This document shows positions 24,731 to 37,301 of a DNA stretch of 64,000 nucleotides, one piece after another. The DNA is taken from assembly GCA_001687465.1 (NCBI GenBank), contig LVLI01000278.1:62001-126000 (forward strand), read 5' to 3'. The DNA comes from Halocafeteria seosinensis (lineage: Eukaryota). Positions within the stretch are counted from its first letter, which is position 1. Each line of letters opens with the position of its first letter. The notes beneath the pieces are model-generated. The model did no database searches and was not told where the DNA came from. It saw only the letters and a program-made list of their open reading frames with translations. The position numbers were made by a program, and so were the translations under genes.

Positions 24731-27700
24731 ATGGCAGCTGTGTCGAAAACTATAGTGGAGCAACTCGCGTCCGAGCTCCAGCTTCCTGTCAAAAATGTAG
24801 GCAGTGGTTGAGAACCCACACTTGTGGAGTGTGTACAGTCATCATGCTAACTTTCACGTTTACGCAACACAGGTGACGGCTACGGTCAATCTCTTGGAGG
24901 AAGAGAAAACAGTGCCCTTCATTGTACGGTACAGGAAGGAGATGTAAGTTCCTAACATGCTGGGGGTGCTGTCAGGAAATTAAATTTGAATCGTGCTTCA
25001 TTACACAGCACGGGAGGCCTCGAACAGCCCATGCTTCGAAGACTCCAGCATCGCCTTGAGGAATTAAAAGAATTACAAAGTCGAAAAGCCACCGTCATTC
25101 GACAGATAGAGAAGACGCATCCTGACATACTCAGAACTGACGACCCGAACTTACGTCGACGAATTGAATCTGCAACATCTCTAGAGGAAATCGAAGATTT
25201 ATACCTACCGTATAAACCAAAGAAGGCCGGAACATTGGCGGAGCGGGCGAGAGCGTTGGGCTCTGCTGTTCAACACCTGGCAGATGCGTTATGGACTGCA
25301 CGGATAGAAAGAGATGAGTCAGCCAGCAGGAATGTGTCAACGTTTCCAACGCTGCTGAAGACAGCCATGGATAAATTAGGCAAAGTAAGGCAGCTTTTGC
25401 TTCTTGTAGAATTGTGTAACCTGGGTGATCTTTTTATGCTAATGTTTTCCAGTCTCGAGAGGACCTTAAGATAGCAATACAGCATATATTAGCGGAGAAA
25501 CTGAGTGAGCTACCAGAAGCTCGCCAAAATATGCGAGCATGGTTAATGGTTCGTACTCTAGAGCTTGTTTCGTCGTCGTTGGAAATATCTTGCAAGTAAA
25601 CTCTGATTTTGTTGCAGAAGAGTGGGGTGCTATGCACTTTTTTCACATCAGCCGCGAAAGCAGCTGTAGCATCCACGAAGTCAAAGAAACCTGCTGTAGG
25701 GCAAGCGGCCAATGTAAAATCAATCTCGGTGGAAGACGTAAGGCAGTATGAGCAATATGATGGATTCCAGAAAGATATACGCTTTATGGCTCACCATCAG
25801 GTATGGCAGAAATAGGCCAATGATTAGACTTTGCCAACTTGCGAAACCTAATGAGCATACCCAGGTTCTAGCAATCGACCGAGCTGAGCAACAAAAAGTG
25901 GTGAGAGTTTCATTATCACCGAAACCCCATTCGGAGAAACGCAGGGATGGCATGGACGTATCAGCTGCAAGACTCTTTCAATATCTAACAAAACCCAGTG
26001 GAGAAACACAGACCGTGGGATCAAAGCGCGGACGCCGCTCTGTTGAAGAAGAAAACGTCATAAGTCTTAACAGTGAGCTTTCGGCACTTTTGGAGGAAAC
26101 GGCGAAGGACACGTGGAAACGCTTATTATTTCCGTCAATATCTAGGGATATAAGGTCAACACTAACAGCTGTAAGTCATGGTTACACACCTAGCTTGCGG
26201 GGTTCGCTAATCACCCGTGGTTTCACGTTATGAGCAGAGTGCTAAGTCCAAAGCAATCGAAGTGTTCGGGGCGAACCTGCGCAGTCTCCTGTCAATGCCG
26301 CCATTGAGACATAAGGTTATCCTTGGCATAGACCCCGGGTACAAACATGGATGCAAAGTTGTGGTGATAGACGAAGTAGGATCTGTATTAGACTCCTGTA
26401 CTGTCTATCCTCATCCTCCACATGTAGGTACAGCCTGGGAGTTGGATTCCCATGATTTTAGCAGCGTATTACCCTGTTTGAGACGCAGAAACAATGGGGC
26501 AAGGCTATTGGCAGACTAAGTGGGATGATAAAGAAGTTTCAAGTGGATATCATCGCTGTACGTGGGATCAAATGATTCTCCTATCATCGACTGGTGATAC
26601 TGTTCTTCATACAGATTGGTGATGGTACTGCAAGCAGGGAAACGCAAGAACTGGCTTCTGCGATAATAGCCCAGACTCAGCAGGATGGCCTGGTATTCAC
26701 TGTCGTTTCAGAGGCGGGAGCATCCGTTTACTCAACGTCGGGAGCAGCGAAGGAAGATTTTCCTAACGATTCTGCAGAGGTTGCCGGCGCTGCTAGCATA
26801 GCCCGAAGACTTCAAGATCCATTAGCTGAACTAGTCAAAATTGACCCCCAGCATATCGGAATCGGGATGTATCAACACGATGTTAAGTCGTCCAAGTTGG
26901 CAGAACGTCTTCAAGAAGTTGTTGAGGATTGTGTTAACCGTGCGGGTGTTAATGTCAATACGGCGAGCCCTTATCTGTTACAGTATATCGCAGGTTTGAA
27001 TAGAAGAATCGCTCGATTGATGTATAATGAAGTACACCGTGCTTCAGCACAGCAATCTAAGCCTTTCAAACATAGGCAGGAGATAAGGGATAGAGTCAAG
27101 GGGTTTGGCCCCAAAACGTTTGAGCAAGCCTCCGGTAAGTTTCTGACACTTGTGCATAGTTTGTGCGCGAAGTCCCATATGGATTCTCGTACTTCCAGGT
27201 TTCCTTCGAGTATACGGAGGGTCGGAGCCACTGGACTCCACTGCTATCCATCCCGAGAGCTACGACGTAGCAAAGAGCGTAAGTTTCAAGATGGGTGGGA
27301 GATGCACTGCTTCTGATCCAGAATTTTCGAGGCTGAGAGTGATCGCAGATACTGCATCAAGTGGGAGTTCGGTCGTATGCGTCTGCCATGCGGGACAGCG
27401 CAACGTGGGAGACAGAGCTGACTCCCAAAATAAAGCCATTACTGAACACCTGCAGCATTCATAGCAACAAGATTTCGTCTAGTCATGCACTCTATACTCC
27501 CTTACAGATCTTGCATCGGAAGGGCCTGGGATCAGACACATTGGTTGATATACTGAAGTGCTTATCGGATAGCAACCAAGTAGGGTCTCGTGAACCGCAT
27601 CAAACGAACGGACAATTTTTCGAAACATACGAGGACATAGAATCCCATTTCATGTTTCGCAAGAAAGTATTAACGCTCGACGATATAGTGGAGGGAATGG

Positions 27701-27909
27701 AACTCCGTGGAAGGGTGAATAATGTTGTCGATTTCGGTGCGTTCGTTGACATAGGCATCAAGGAGAATGCACTGCTGCACGTCTCCAAGATGAACAGTAA
27801 ACGAAGCGGGGATGAATCTTTTGAGAAGCCGCAAGTCGGAGATGTAATTGACGTCAAAGTTACCAGTGTCGATAAGAAAAGAAACCGGGTGGGATTATCT
27901 CAACTATAG
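24731..27909 (+). CDS. Tex/SRBD1-family S1 RNA-binding protein
   Basis: TVPFIVRYRKE, EIEDLYLPYKPKK, ILGIDPGYKHGCK, VSEAGASVYS, SIARRLQDPLAELVKIDP.HIGIGMYQHDV, GPKTFEQASGFLRV and the S1 motif NVVDFGAFVDIG. Confidence 0.95.
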
Positions 27910-28481
27910 TGTTACTGGTACAAGAATCCGCCGAATGTTTCCCCTCAATCCCTGTTATGCGAGCATTCCATTCCAAATCAACCGACTTCCGTGGAACGCG
28001 CTGAGCATACATGTACTACATTTGTTGCCAAGGCTAGTGGTGACAGTGGTGTTAGTTCAGAGTTCAAACTCTCACTAGGTGCGAAGACAATTTTAAAAAA
28101 TAAGTAATAAGAAATTCACAGCCAGTGGAAATGGAGACGCCGCGAAACCTGCTATCATTTTTTCAAACTCCAACACAAATTGTGACACAACATGCGGGCG
28201 AATACTGCCCTACAAACTGATAGGCTTGAGTCACGCAACTTTGCAGAGTGTATGCTTTTGAGGCCGGTTAAAATTTAACACCAAGTTTTTTTCTACTTCT
28301 ACTAAGAATCTACTTTTTATGCACCCCTGCGACATGGTGCACCGTGCAGGCCGCATCACTTGATTCACTTCTCGCCAAGACAACAAAGTTTGCTTTCACT
28401 TGAAATTCAAAAAATTCAAATGCAGGTCCCACGTAAGGATTGCCGTTTCCTAGGCTTTATACGCACCCATTGTATGCCATC

Positions 28482-30582
28482 ATGGCTTCTATGGTTAAAG
28501 ATACACCTAAAGCTGATCCGGCAGAATTCCAACCGAATGTCCCGGATCCAAATAACCTTCCGAAAAAGTCGCCCTTGGATGCCATCACCCAGGAATTATT
28601 TGATTATCTCGCAGCAGAACATAATGTGCTTTTGATCGACCCCCATGAGCCTATAGGACGTGGCGCCTTTGCAGTCGTTTATAAGGCTGTTAAACTTCCG
28701 GAGAAAGAAGTGTGCGCCGCGAAATGCATGTATCTTGAAGTAGCCGAGCAGCGATTGAGGCAGGAATTGCAGATGTTGTCTTTATTTCGGTAAGTATTTG
28801 CTGTTTAAGAGTCACGCGCGTTGGGGTAAGATTATCAGGACGGTTTGAATGTACCTATCGCACTTTTTTCTCAGAATGGATCAGCAACCGAATTGCTCAA
28901 CACTGTTGGACTTTTTCAAAGCACCGAGGCATCTTGTCGCGCTTTTGCCCTACGTGGAAACTATTGATTACAGAGTACGGTATTTTGACCGAACGCTGTG
29001 TTTTGGGTCTTCATTATATTACTTTCCACCGTCGTGGCTGCTTGTGGACAACTGCAGGAGTTATTGCATAAACCTTCGGTGGAGCATTACGCGGCTTACC
29101 TTTATACCTTGTTCGAAGCCATACATCAGGCGCATTCGCTGGCGCTTGTTCATCGAGATGTCAAGCCGAAGAACTTCTGTTGGAATCCAAAGACTTATAT
29201 GGTACGCATACTGAATGAGCATTTAAGCTGTCATTTCCGATGAAACAAGTAGGCCATTTGCCTCTGCAGGGAATGTTGGTTGACTTCGGCTTGTGCGAGC
29301 AGCATACTATCTTTGCCAATCCAGATTCTTCACCTCGAGAACATTCTCAGAAACGGGAAATACTTCAAAACAGCAGAACTCCACCGGCCCTTATCCACCG
29401 CGGATTTATTTACCCTTGGAGGGTTTCCAAGGCTCTCGATCAATACCAGGCAAAATACCCCTCCTCGCGAAGGCTACAAGCTCTAAAAGATTTCACAGAT
29501 GATTTGACGAGACGCATTCCCAACGCAAACGAGGAACAGGCCCATTCTAGTGCGGCCTCAAGACTCCGAGTTATTAAACGCCTTGGACTCCAAAGGAATA
29601 AATACGTACCAAAAATGAAACGACAAGCGGCTGAAAGAGCTGGTACCCCAAGTTTCCGCGCGCCCGAAATATTGCTGAGCGTTTCAATGCAGAGCCAAGG
29701 TAGGAGTTTCGTATTTTCATGGGTCTTGAAGCCATCAATTGTTTGTAACTGCTCCTTTTTGCAGCGATTGATATATGGTCAGCTGGGTGTATCGCGGCTT
29801 CCCTTTGGAGTGGACGATACCCTTTTTTTCCGTCGGATACGGATGAATCTTGTCTCCATGCCATTGCAACCCTTGTGGGATTCGACAGGGTTATCTGCGC
29901 GGCAGCCCGTCAATACAAAGCGTGGGTTTGTACGAATAAACTCATGTTCAGAGCAGAGGCTGCTCAACAACAGAGAATTGCTGAGGACACTCGGGGTGCG
30001 AGACTTGCCCGTACAATGTACTTCCACTGCAATATCTACAACCCGGGAATCCCCACTGACCCCTCTGATCAAGATTATGGCAAAGGAGAAATGAATCCCT
30101 TGACAAACAACACAGATACTAACATGAGCAGCACAGCAATCCGTCAGTTGTGCTCCGTATTGCGACCAGAGTGGAGAAAAGCGCTTAATGATGACACGGT
30201 GCTCAAGTATCCACATGGATTTCACACAAGCAAGGCCGAACAACTTGTCCAACAGAAGAAAGTCACATCCCCTACAGAGGATCCAAGCTACAGGATCTTA
30301 AGCGAAGTGGTTGGCAAATGCAAGTACGCTTCGCCGCCGACTTACAAACGCGCTTACGATCTTGCTCCTGAAGCACTATGGGACTTGTCCACAGTAGACT
30401 ATAGTTCCTTCCAATCGATCATGATAGCCGACATGCTATGGTTAGTTGAACGGTGCTTAGATCCAGATCCTGTAAGTCGGATAACGGCAGAGGAAGCTTT
30501 GCATCAATCGAGATTCCTTCAGGTTGGCCAGTTAGCGGCTAAAGCGAAACAGCGTTCAGCCATAAACTCATTAGTGAGGTAA
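28482..30582 (+). CDS. CDC7-like serine/threonine kinase; a short upstream exon near 28420 is possible
   Basis: IGRGAFAVVY, HRDVKPKNF, LVDFGL, a long insert, AERAGTPSFRAPEILL, IDIWSAG, a second insert, then CLDPDPVSRITAEEAL. This insert pattern is typical of CDC7. Confidence 0.85.
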
Positions 30583-30769
30583 GATAGACACACTTCGAGG
30601 CTGCCGCAGCTACCCGTAGGAGGATCACAGCTTGCGGGATGGGAATTATCGGTCGCACTATGATGTAAACAGTAGCAGGACGGCTACCATCAGTCTATGT
30701 ATGCATTGTGTCTTCCCCAGCAAACGCAGTGTCTATTGCTCAGGGGGTAGCCAAGCGCCAGGAACCTAT

Positions 30770-31503
30770 TCAATCTTTCTTCTTCTCAATCACACCAGGT
30801 TCTACGAACCTTTCAACACAGATTGTTATAGTGTATGCCACTGCACCAATCGCAGCTATGATCACCATTGGAAGAGTGCGCGTAGCAATAGCTAGTCCAA
30901 TATACCCAAGTTCGACCCCTACGTATTGTGGATCAGGAATTCCCAGGCTATATGGGAACTTGCCTGTCCATGGAAGATTCCTTACACCCAGTTCGCGTCC
31001 GTAGTATACTCCATACGTTCCTAACTGTTTATATACTCCCGCATTCAATGCTTGTCCAAAGACTGCGAGAGCCAATCCGCAATATCTGTATCAAACCCCC
31101 AAAAACACAACGTCTCATTTCAAGATGGAAGCTTTCCCACTAGACTCTACGTACGTAATAGGCGAAGTCCAAGAAACACCCCGTAAGAAATCGGTAGACG
31201 TCATGAGGCTCCCGACAACACCTAGAGTTGTGAATCCCCGCAGATTAATCGTGATTCGGGCCATCGTGGAGGAGGCTTCCTCGGGTTTCTCGTTAATTCC
31301 TCCAAACAATTTTCGCATTCTGCAGGACCCACCAAACCAACCGCTCTTTCGATGGAGCTCAATATCGTGTATAAAAGCAACCCTTACTTGGATGGAAACG
31401 TCCATATAAAGGCAAAAAAACTGTGCGTCAGAACAGTAGCCACAAGGAACATCCCGACCCATACGTAAGGGTTGTATACATGTTCAGACGGGACGAAGAA
31501 CAT
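30770..31503 (-). CDS. Phospholipid N-methyltransferase (PEMT/PLMT family)
   Basis: Three exons. GQALNAGVYKQLGTYGVYYG...LPWTGKFPY...DPQYVG matches the PEMT family; several hydrophobic segments. Confidence 0.88.
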
Positions 31504-32797
31504 GATTTTCGGATAACCGGTCAAAGATCAGCTTTTCGATATCCTAGTGAGCTCAAGGTAAACACCAGTAAAGGCGTTGTAACTGCGTTAATGCGTCAGT
31601 AAATACCGTGAGACGCAGAGAGGATGCGACCGCGTTGCACTCTTTCCTGCAACTCAGACAAGACTTCTCTCCGTGAAACAACACTTAAGATGATTGCTAC
31701 GCAGATAATAAATCTTGTTATCATTGTCAAGTCTCTATAGAAAACTCGTGTAAAAGAAGAAAAGCCTCGGACGTTATGAGTCAAACTTTCAAAGTGTGCG
31801 ACAGAACTTCAACCTGAGTCAATTCAAACACGATACCGTATCATCGATACGGGCTGACCAGTTTGGTTACAACCGAGACCGAAAACGGTATCCATCCAGA
31901 TGGTAAACTCTACGTAGTGTTCGACGGACTTCGAGTTGTGGGCGAGGTGCTAGGTCAATGGGCTGCTATTCATCGCGTACCACAGGAATATCATACACTG
32001 ATCCGCATGGATACAATGGCGTTGTTATAAGGAACGTGACTAGTAACTTGACGTGACTGTATCGCATTGTTTCCACGAGAAGTGCTCTGGTACTAGTAAC
32101 ACGGTTGGAAGGAACGCTGGAAGCTGGAAGATGAACATCGGTACTCGAGTCGCGAGGCAATTGTACATCTAACGCCATGTGGGCACGCAGGCAAAGAAGA
32201 CAATCGAGCAGTAGCGGAAAGCCATGCTCAACTAAACTGGGCCTGTCTATTACACAGTATACATACCAGTATACAGTATGGCTTGTGATCCGGATGACCA
32301 GCCCTTTAGTGGTCGACCTCCTTTCCCAGTGGCGCAGCCAGCGCAGGTTGACAGCTTCATGATGGCATCTCAAGTATGCGAATCAGTGCTTTGTAATGAA
32401 CTATGTATAGCAACTCGCATGCTGGCGGGCGAACAACATACACGGTCGCGTGTCCGGCGCGGCCATGGGGCGGTGGGCCCGGTTCCTCAAATACAGACAC
32501 CGGCCCATACCTTACACGAGCTAGAATATGGATTTCTGATGGGTCAATGCGAACGTAACCAAGTGGAAGTGATAGAGTGTGCATTCACGTTCATCTAGCG
32601 TGGTTTATTGTAGCGCTAGCGTCCGAGATTAGAAGATAATAGCAAAGAGGAATCGAGACGCTTGTCGTGATTCTTCTATAGGTGGATATTGTCATTTCGG
32701 CTCTCCACTACTTTATCGCTGCCTGTATATTATATCTTTCCCTGCCCATTGTATCGTCAACTGCCTGTACGGAACCTGCAACCGTAAAAACTACGGA

Positions 32798-35056
32798 ATG
32801 GAGGAGGAAAGAAAGGATACATCCTCTCCTGGAAGCAAGAGGAATCCAGACGAAGCACACCATGATTCGCTTGCTTATAACACTATGAATAAAAGTAATA
32901 ACACCACAGCTCCTACTTCCTCCCAAAGTGCGACTGCGGAAGTAGCGGGTAGCACCCTGGATGCCCCAACTGCTTCCGAGAATGCTGGGGAATCGAGTGA
33001 GAAGCCTCAAAAACGTCAAAAAACAGAGGTTCACGATAGCGCAAACACAGAAGAATCTACAGTAGATAAACATGATACTCTATGCGACACTGGTGCGAAA
33101 GCGTCTACGAGCGCAGTATACCCTGGGGAACGAGAAGATTTGGCTGCTAAAACAACTACGCCACCTGTCCCTTCTTCCGCCTCTGCCCCAGACGACGGAA
33201 CTGAAGAAGCTGGTACGTTCGTCTTACATAGCTTTGCAGCCTGAGTATGAGGAGATATTAATTTATGGCTTTCTGCAGATGCTAAAGCGAGTAATCACAG
33301 CGAAGCGTACCTGCTGCATCTTCTCACTTTCTTTATTGAAGTAGACTATGTACTGTCCCAGCATTTGGATAGGCAACAAAGACTTGCGAAACATATAGAA
33401 ACTAATGTTCATGACATTGTTAGGCAAATGATTCACGCTAAACGAAGTCGTACAAAGGATCTTAGTGAGGCGTTCAGTGAGATCAATGGGGCAAAGGACC
33501 CCTTCGACTACATCTCGTTCATTGAGGAGCATAGCCCGGGCACCCTGTCGTCTCACTTCGCAGCAAGCTGTTTGTCGGATGAAAAGTAAGTTTTTCTGGG
33601 TTCTTAAGTGTATTTACGCACTTTGTAAATGCCCTAAGAAATGTGTTTGGTCCCAACCAGATATGTCGATTGCTATCGATCTCATGAGAAAACCATCGAG
33701 GGTCAAGAGATTCCCATTTTAGCTGCAAAGAATCCGCAAGTCTTGGGCATTGTCAGTGCTGGTTTTCAACAGGAACTTGAATCCACTTACGAGGTGCAGC
33801 AGACTCCGGTACAATACGTGTCCAATGAGCTTAGCAAAGCATCGGAAACATTGGATCAGTCAGCAGAGCTTGCGGTCCGATACACTGTAAGCCTCATGCC
33901 TTCTCAGGAAGCATGTTTCCAGATCCATTGTGGAAACGAGGATCCTGCTTCCTCTTTGGAACTAGATGAGGAGACTTGTCATACTTTGCTCGATACAATG
34001 AATGAGTATATTTCGAAGAAAATCGAAATGGGAGATGTTGGGCAGTGCTTGCTTGGGGCAACCAGCTTTCGTCTCCCGCCGCCATGGAAGCGGTTACTTC
34101 CAACGTTGCGCAAGGTGTTAGGGGGTTTCACCAGCGAAGCGTGCAAAGAAGTAATCGAAAATAATTACCGTGTATTGTTTGAGCGATGGGGTATATTCAA
34201 TGTTTCTAAGTACTTTGAATTCTTCAAGTGTTTAGCGGAACATTCCGACGAGGAGGTGGTAGCCAGGACCTGCCAGCGTTTAGTAGCTGACACTCAAGAG
34301 TGGCATAGATTCTGCGATATCGCCAACAACCTCCTTTCGATTGACTTAACAAGCCTTAGCTCCTACAAAGACCACAACGAACGATTACGAGGTGATGCGG
34401 CAAGATTCTCCAATCTAAAACCAGAAGAATTCGCCGAAGCATCGGGTTGGTTTGCTCATCGCATGTTTGACGTTTCTCTGCACGCACTACAACAACTAGT
34501 ATCTATGGGAGAGGTAACCACAGCGGTTATTGAACTACTATCCCCGAACAATATCCCTCAGGTTTTCCAGGGTGAAGTCGCTAACACCATGAAGCAAGTC
34601 TCGGCAAATTTAAAGCATAAAATAAACGATGCGGATATTCCGATAAATGTCGACGAAGGATGTGTGTTAGTCAGGCGCTTATCCCAAGCAGAAAGCGCTT
34701 TAAAAGCCTACGGAACAAAGTGTTTCGGCTTAAAGAGTCTGTATCCTTCCCCGCCTCACTGCGCCATCCTGGAAGCATTACAAGACCAGCCAACTTTGCG
34801 GAAGCTTAGCTACAGCATTAGGTTTGCATACGGTGGTGATGCGTCATTGGTGCTTGCCTTGCTGCGGCATGGCATTGGGAGGTGGGACAAGGCGCTCAAT
34901 GACCCTGTCACTGGCTGGTGTCTCAACGCGGTGACGCTGGATAGTGAAGATAAGACCAAGTTGGAGCCATTGTCATTTATACCTTGCTGTATACACTCAT
35001 TCTTATGGCACAAAGTGTATCTCTTTGTTAAGGCTGCTGGGAAGTCGATCGACTAG
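32798..35056 (+). CDS. Hypothetical protein with a disordered N-terminus and helical body
   Basis: Long ORFs 32798-33244 and 33641-35056 with GT-AG introns between them. No family recognised. Confidence 0.6.
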
Positions 35057-35080
35057 GGGGTATCCTCTTTTAGGCCGTCG

Positions 35081-36885
35081 CTAGCTTCTTCTCTTCGATG
35101 ATGCCCGATCGATAGCTGATATCTCGCTATTCGTTTTCAACTGAAGGTTTTTGATAATGGCTTTCACTTCTTGCGTTAAGTCGCTCTTGCTTTTGTAATC
35201 CATACTATGGAGATCTGACTCCTCAAGTCTCTTTGACAGCTGTTCAAGTTTTGTTGTTGTCTGCTTTGATAGGGCAGAGCAGTGCTCTATTACCCGAAGA
35301 ATGATGGAAGGCCTGGCTACTCTGACCCTAGATGTTGCAGTCCGACCTGCCTGTGTCAATGGAGTTGCCCTTCGTGTGGACGTACGAGGTTGCGATCTGG
35401 ATACTTTTTTGGGGGGATTTTGGTACCTTGCATGTTTGGGTTCTTCTTTTTGCCTTGAACGTACTTTCTGAAGCCTTGACAGATCTGCGGATGGAGAACC
35501 CGCACTGAATATATCGTCGGAAAAGTCTAACTCTGTAATCATCGTTGAATTCGAAAGCATTGTTGATCTCTTGGCCCGGTCTATTGGTGTGGTGATCAAA
35601 CGAAGTCCATTGCCTCCGCGTGGTTTGGTACCATTTTTCGCTTCATTGTATTCTTTACTAAACGCGGGGCGTGGAATGTTGCTGTTGTCTCTTCGAGAAC
35701 TCGGGGGAGCTGTGAACTTCTTATCTACTTTAGCGTGTCGACTTGGTGGGCTCTTCGCGTTTTTTGGAGGATTCTTGGGACTAGATACTGTAATTCCCCG
35801 TCGGGCTTCTTCTCGCCTTTGCTTTTTCCAGTGCATCTGGTCCACCAGATAGATGTCTGCCCGTTTCGACATATGCAAGCTCTCTGGGGTCTCGCTCTCT
35901 GTGATAGACTGCCCATTATAAATGAGAAGAACTCTGTTGCGAGTCTCTTCCAGCGTCCCACTGGCCACCTTTGCATCCCAGTGGAAGTGTTTCCGGCACT
36001 GGTGTAACGCTGCTGTGGAAATTGCTTCGCGCGATGCAATTGAAATGCGTGTGGTCCCTGTCAGGGTAATCGGAGGTTGTCCCCAAAGTCGTTTTATGCG
36101 AACGTGCACAATTTCTGGCGGGGAGTACGCCCCTTGCATAACCAACATTATGTTCTGTACATGCAATTTGCAAGTATACAAGAGTTTCGACGGCAAAACA
36201 TTGTCTAGTGTTTTAACAACGTCTTCCACTGATAATGCACGGTCGGTAGTTGACGATGAGGCTAACTCCGACAGTCCACGACTCAATTCCCACGAGGTCC
36301 TGCTGAAGAATCTTTTTAAGAAGAGTGTGCTTTCGTGTGTCAGGAGATAAGTTGGGTGTACTCTCTTCAAGAGTAGAGATAGCGCGTTTTCGTTAAAAAC
36401 TGTAGATTCCTGCGAATCTCTGTCTTTCGATTCGTAATATACCTGCCCGCCAGACGCATCTACATATTTATGAAATGCTGCTTGTAGCACCAGATGAAGT
36501 TCGTGGTTTGACTGCAGGAACTCACTCCACCCTCCAGATGTATCTGAATCTCCTGTCAACGCGTTTTGGAAAGCTAGGACTGGTATCTGTTCTTCATGTA
36601 ACCGTGAATGGTTGGTGGTCTCTTTGAGAGCTGTCCGGTGCTCTAGTAGACTGACGGTCAGTGTGAGACACTTTTTGATGAGAGCTTCTATCGCCGCTGC
36701 AAAGACAATGCTTGCTCGATCCTGAAAAAAGAGCAAATCCTCGCAACAGTCAATGTAATAAACACAGTGAGTTCGATAGAACTTACGTCTAGCTGAAAAG
36801 TATCCCCTTGGCAAACGAACGCCTTGAGGGCCTCGACGTTGATAGTGATCCATCGTTCATCCACACTTTCCAAAAGCTTGTCCAT
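35081..36885 (-). CDS. Protein with tandem H2A-like and H2B-like histone folds, a SUMO-like domain and a basic tail (~579 aa)
   Basis: Exon 36885-36787, intron 36786-36722 (gtaagt...tttcag), exon 36721-35081. Motifs: ASIVFAAAIEALIKKCL, LLKRVHP, LSVEDVVKTLDNVLPSKL, LLIYNGQSITESETPESLHM. Confidence 0.7.
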
Positions 36886-37301
36886 GATTTATTCATGTCT
36901 AAACTCAAGTGTTCCTTCCTTCACTATTTGTAAATCTCTTAGTTTCATCAATACACGTCGAAGTTGTACTTGTGGCCAAGTTGTGGTAAACTAACGGATC
37001 GCTGACCGACAACGCGCTACAATGTATGCACATGATATATTTTTGTTTACAGATGACATATATTGTGCACTTGGTATCACTCTCAGAACAGACAAACTGG
37101 ATAACTATTGAGGAGGGTATTGTCCTCAAGGAGAGCACTACTGCATTGTAATGCGCTGAGGTTGAGTCTTAAGGTTCACGCCGATCATGCACAACGAACA
37201 ACACGAAATAAGGAGATAACCCCTCGAGTAGGATGTCCAGGAAAAAGGACGATGCCTAGAATCGCTTGAAGTGGATTGAGATCTGTTTAGAAGCTAAAAA
37301 C

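Noticed and set aside
31600..32640. Possible small multi-exon gene or TGA-readthrough selenoprotein
   Set aside because: Splice-like sites exist on both strands, but I found no coherent frame, redox motif or SECIS element. Unresolved without RNA-seq.
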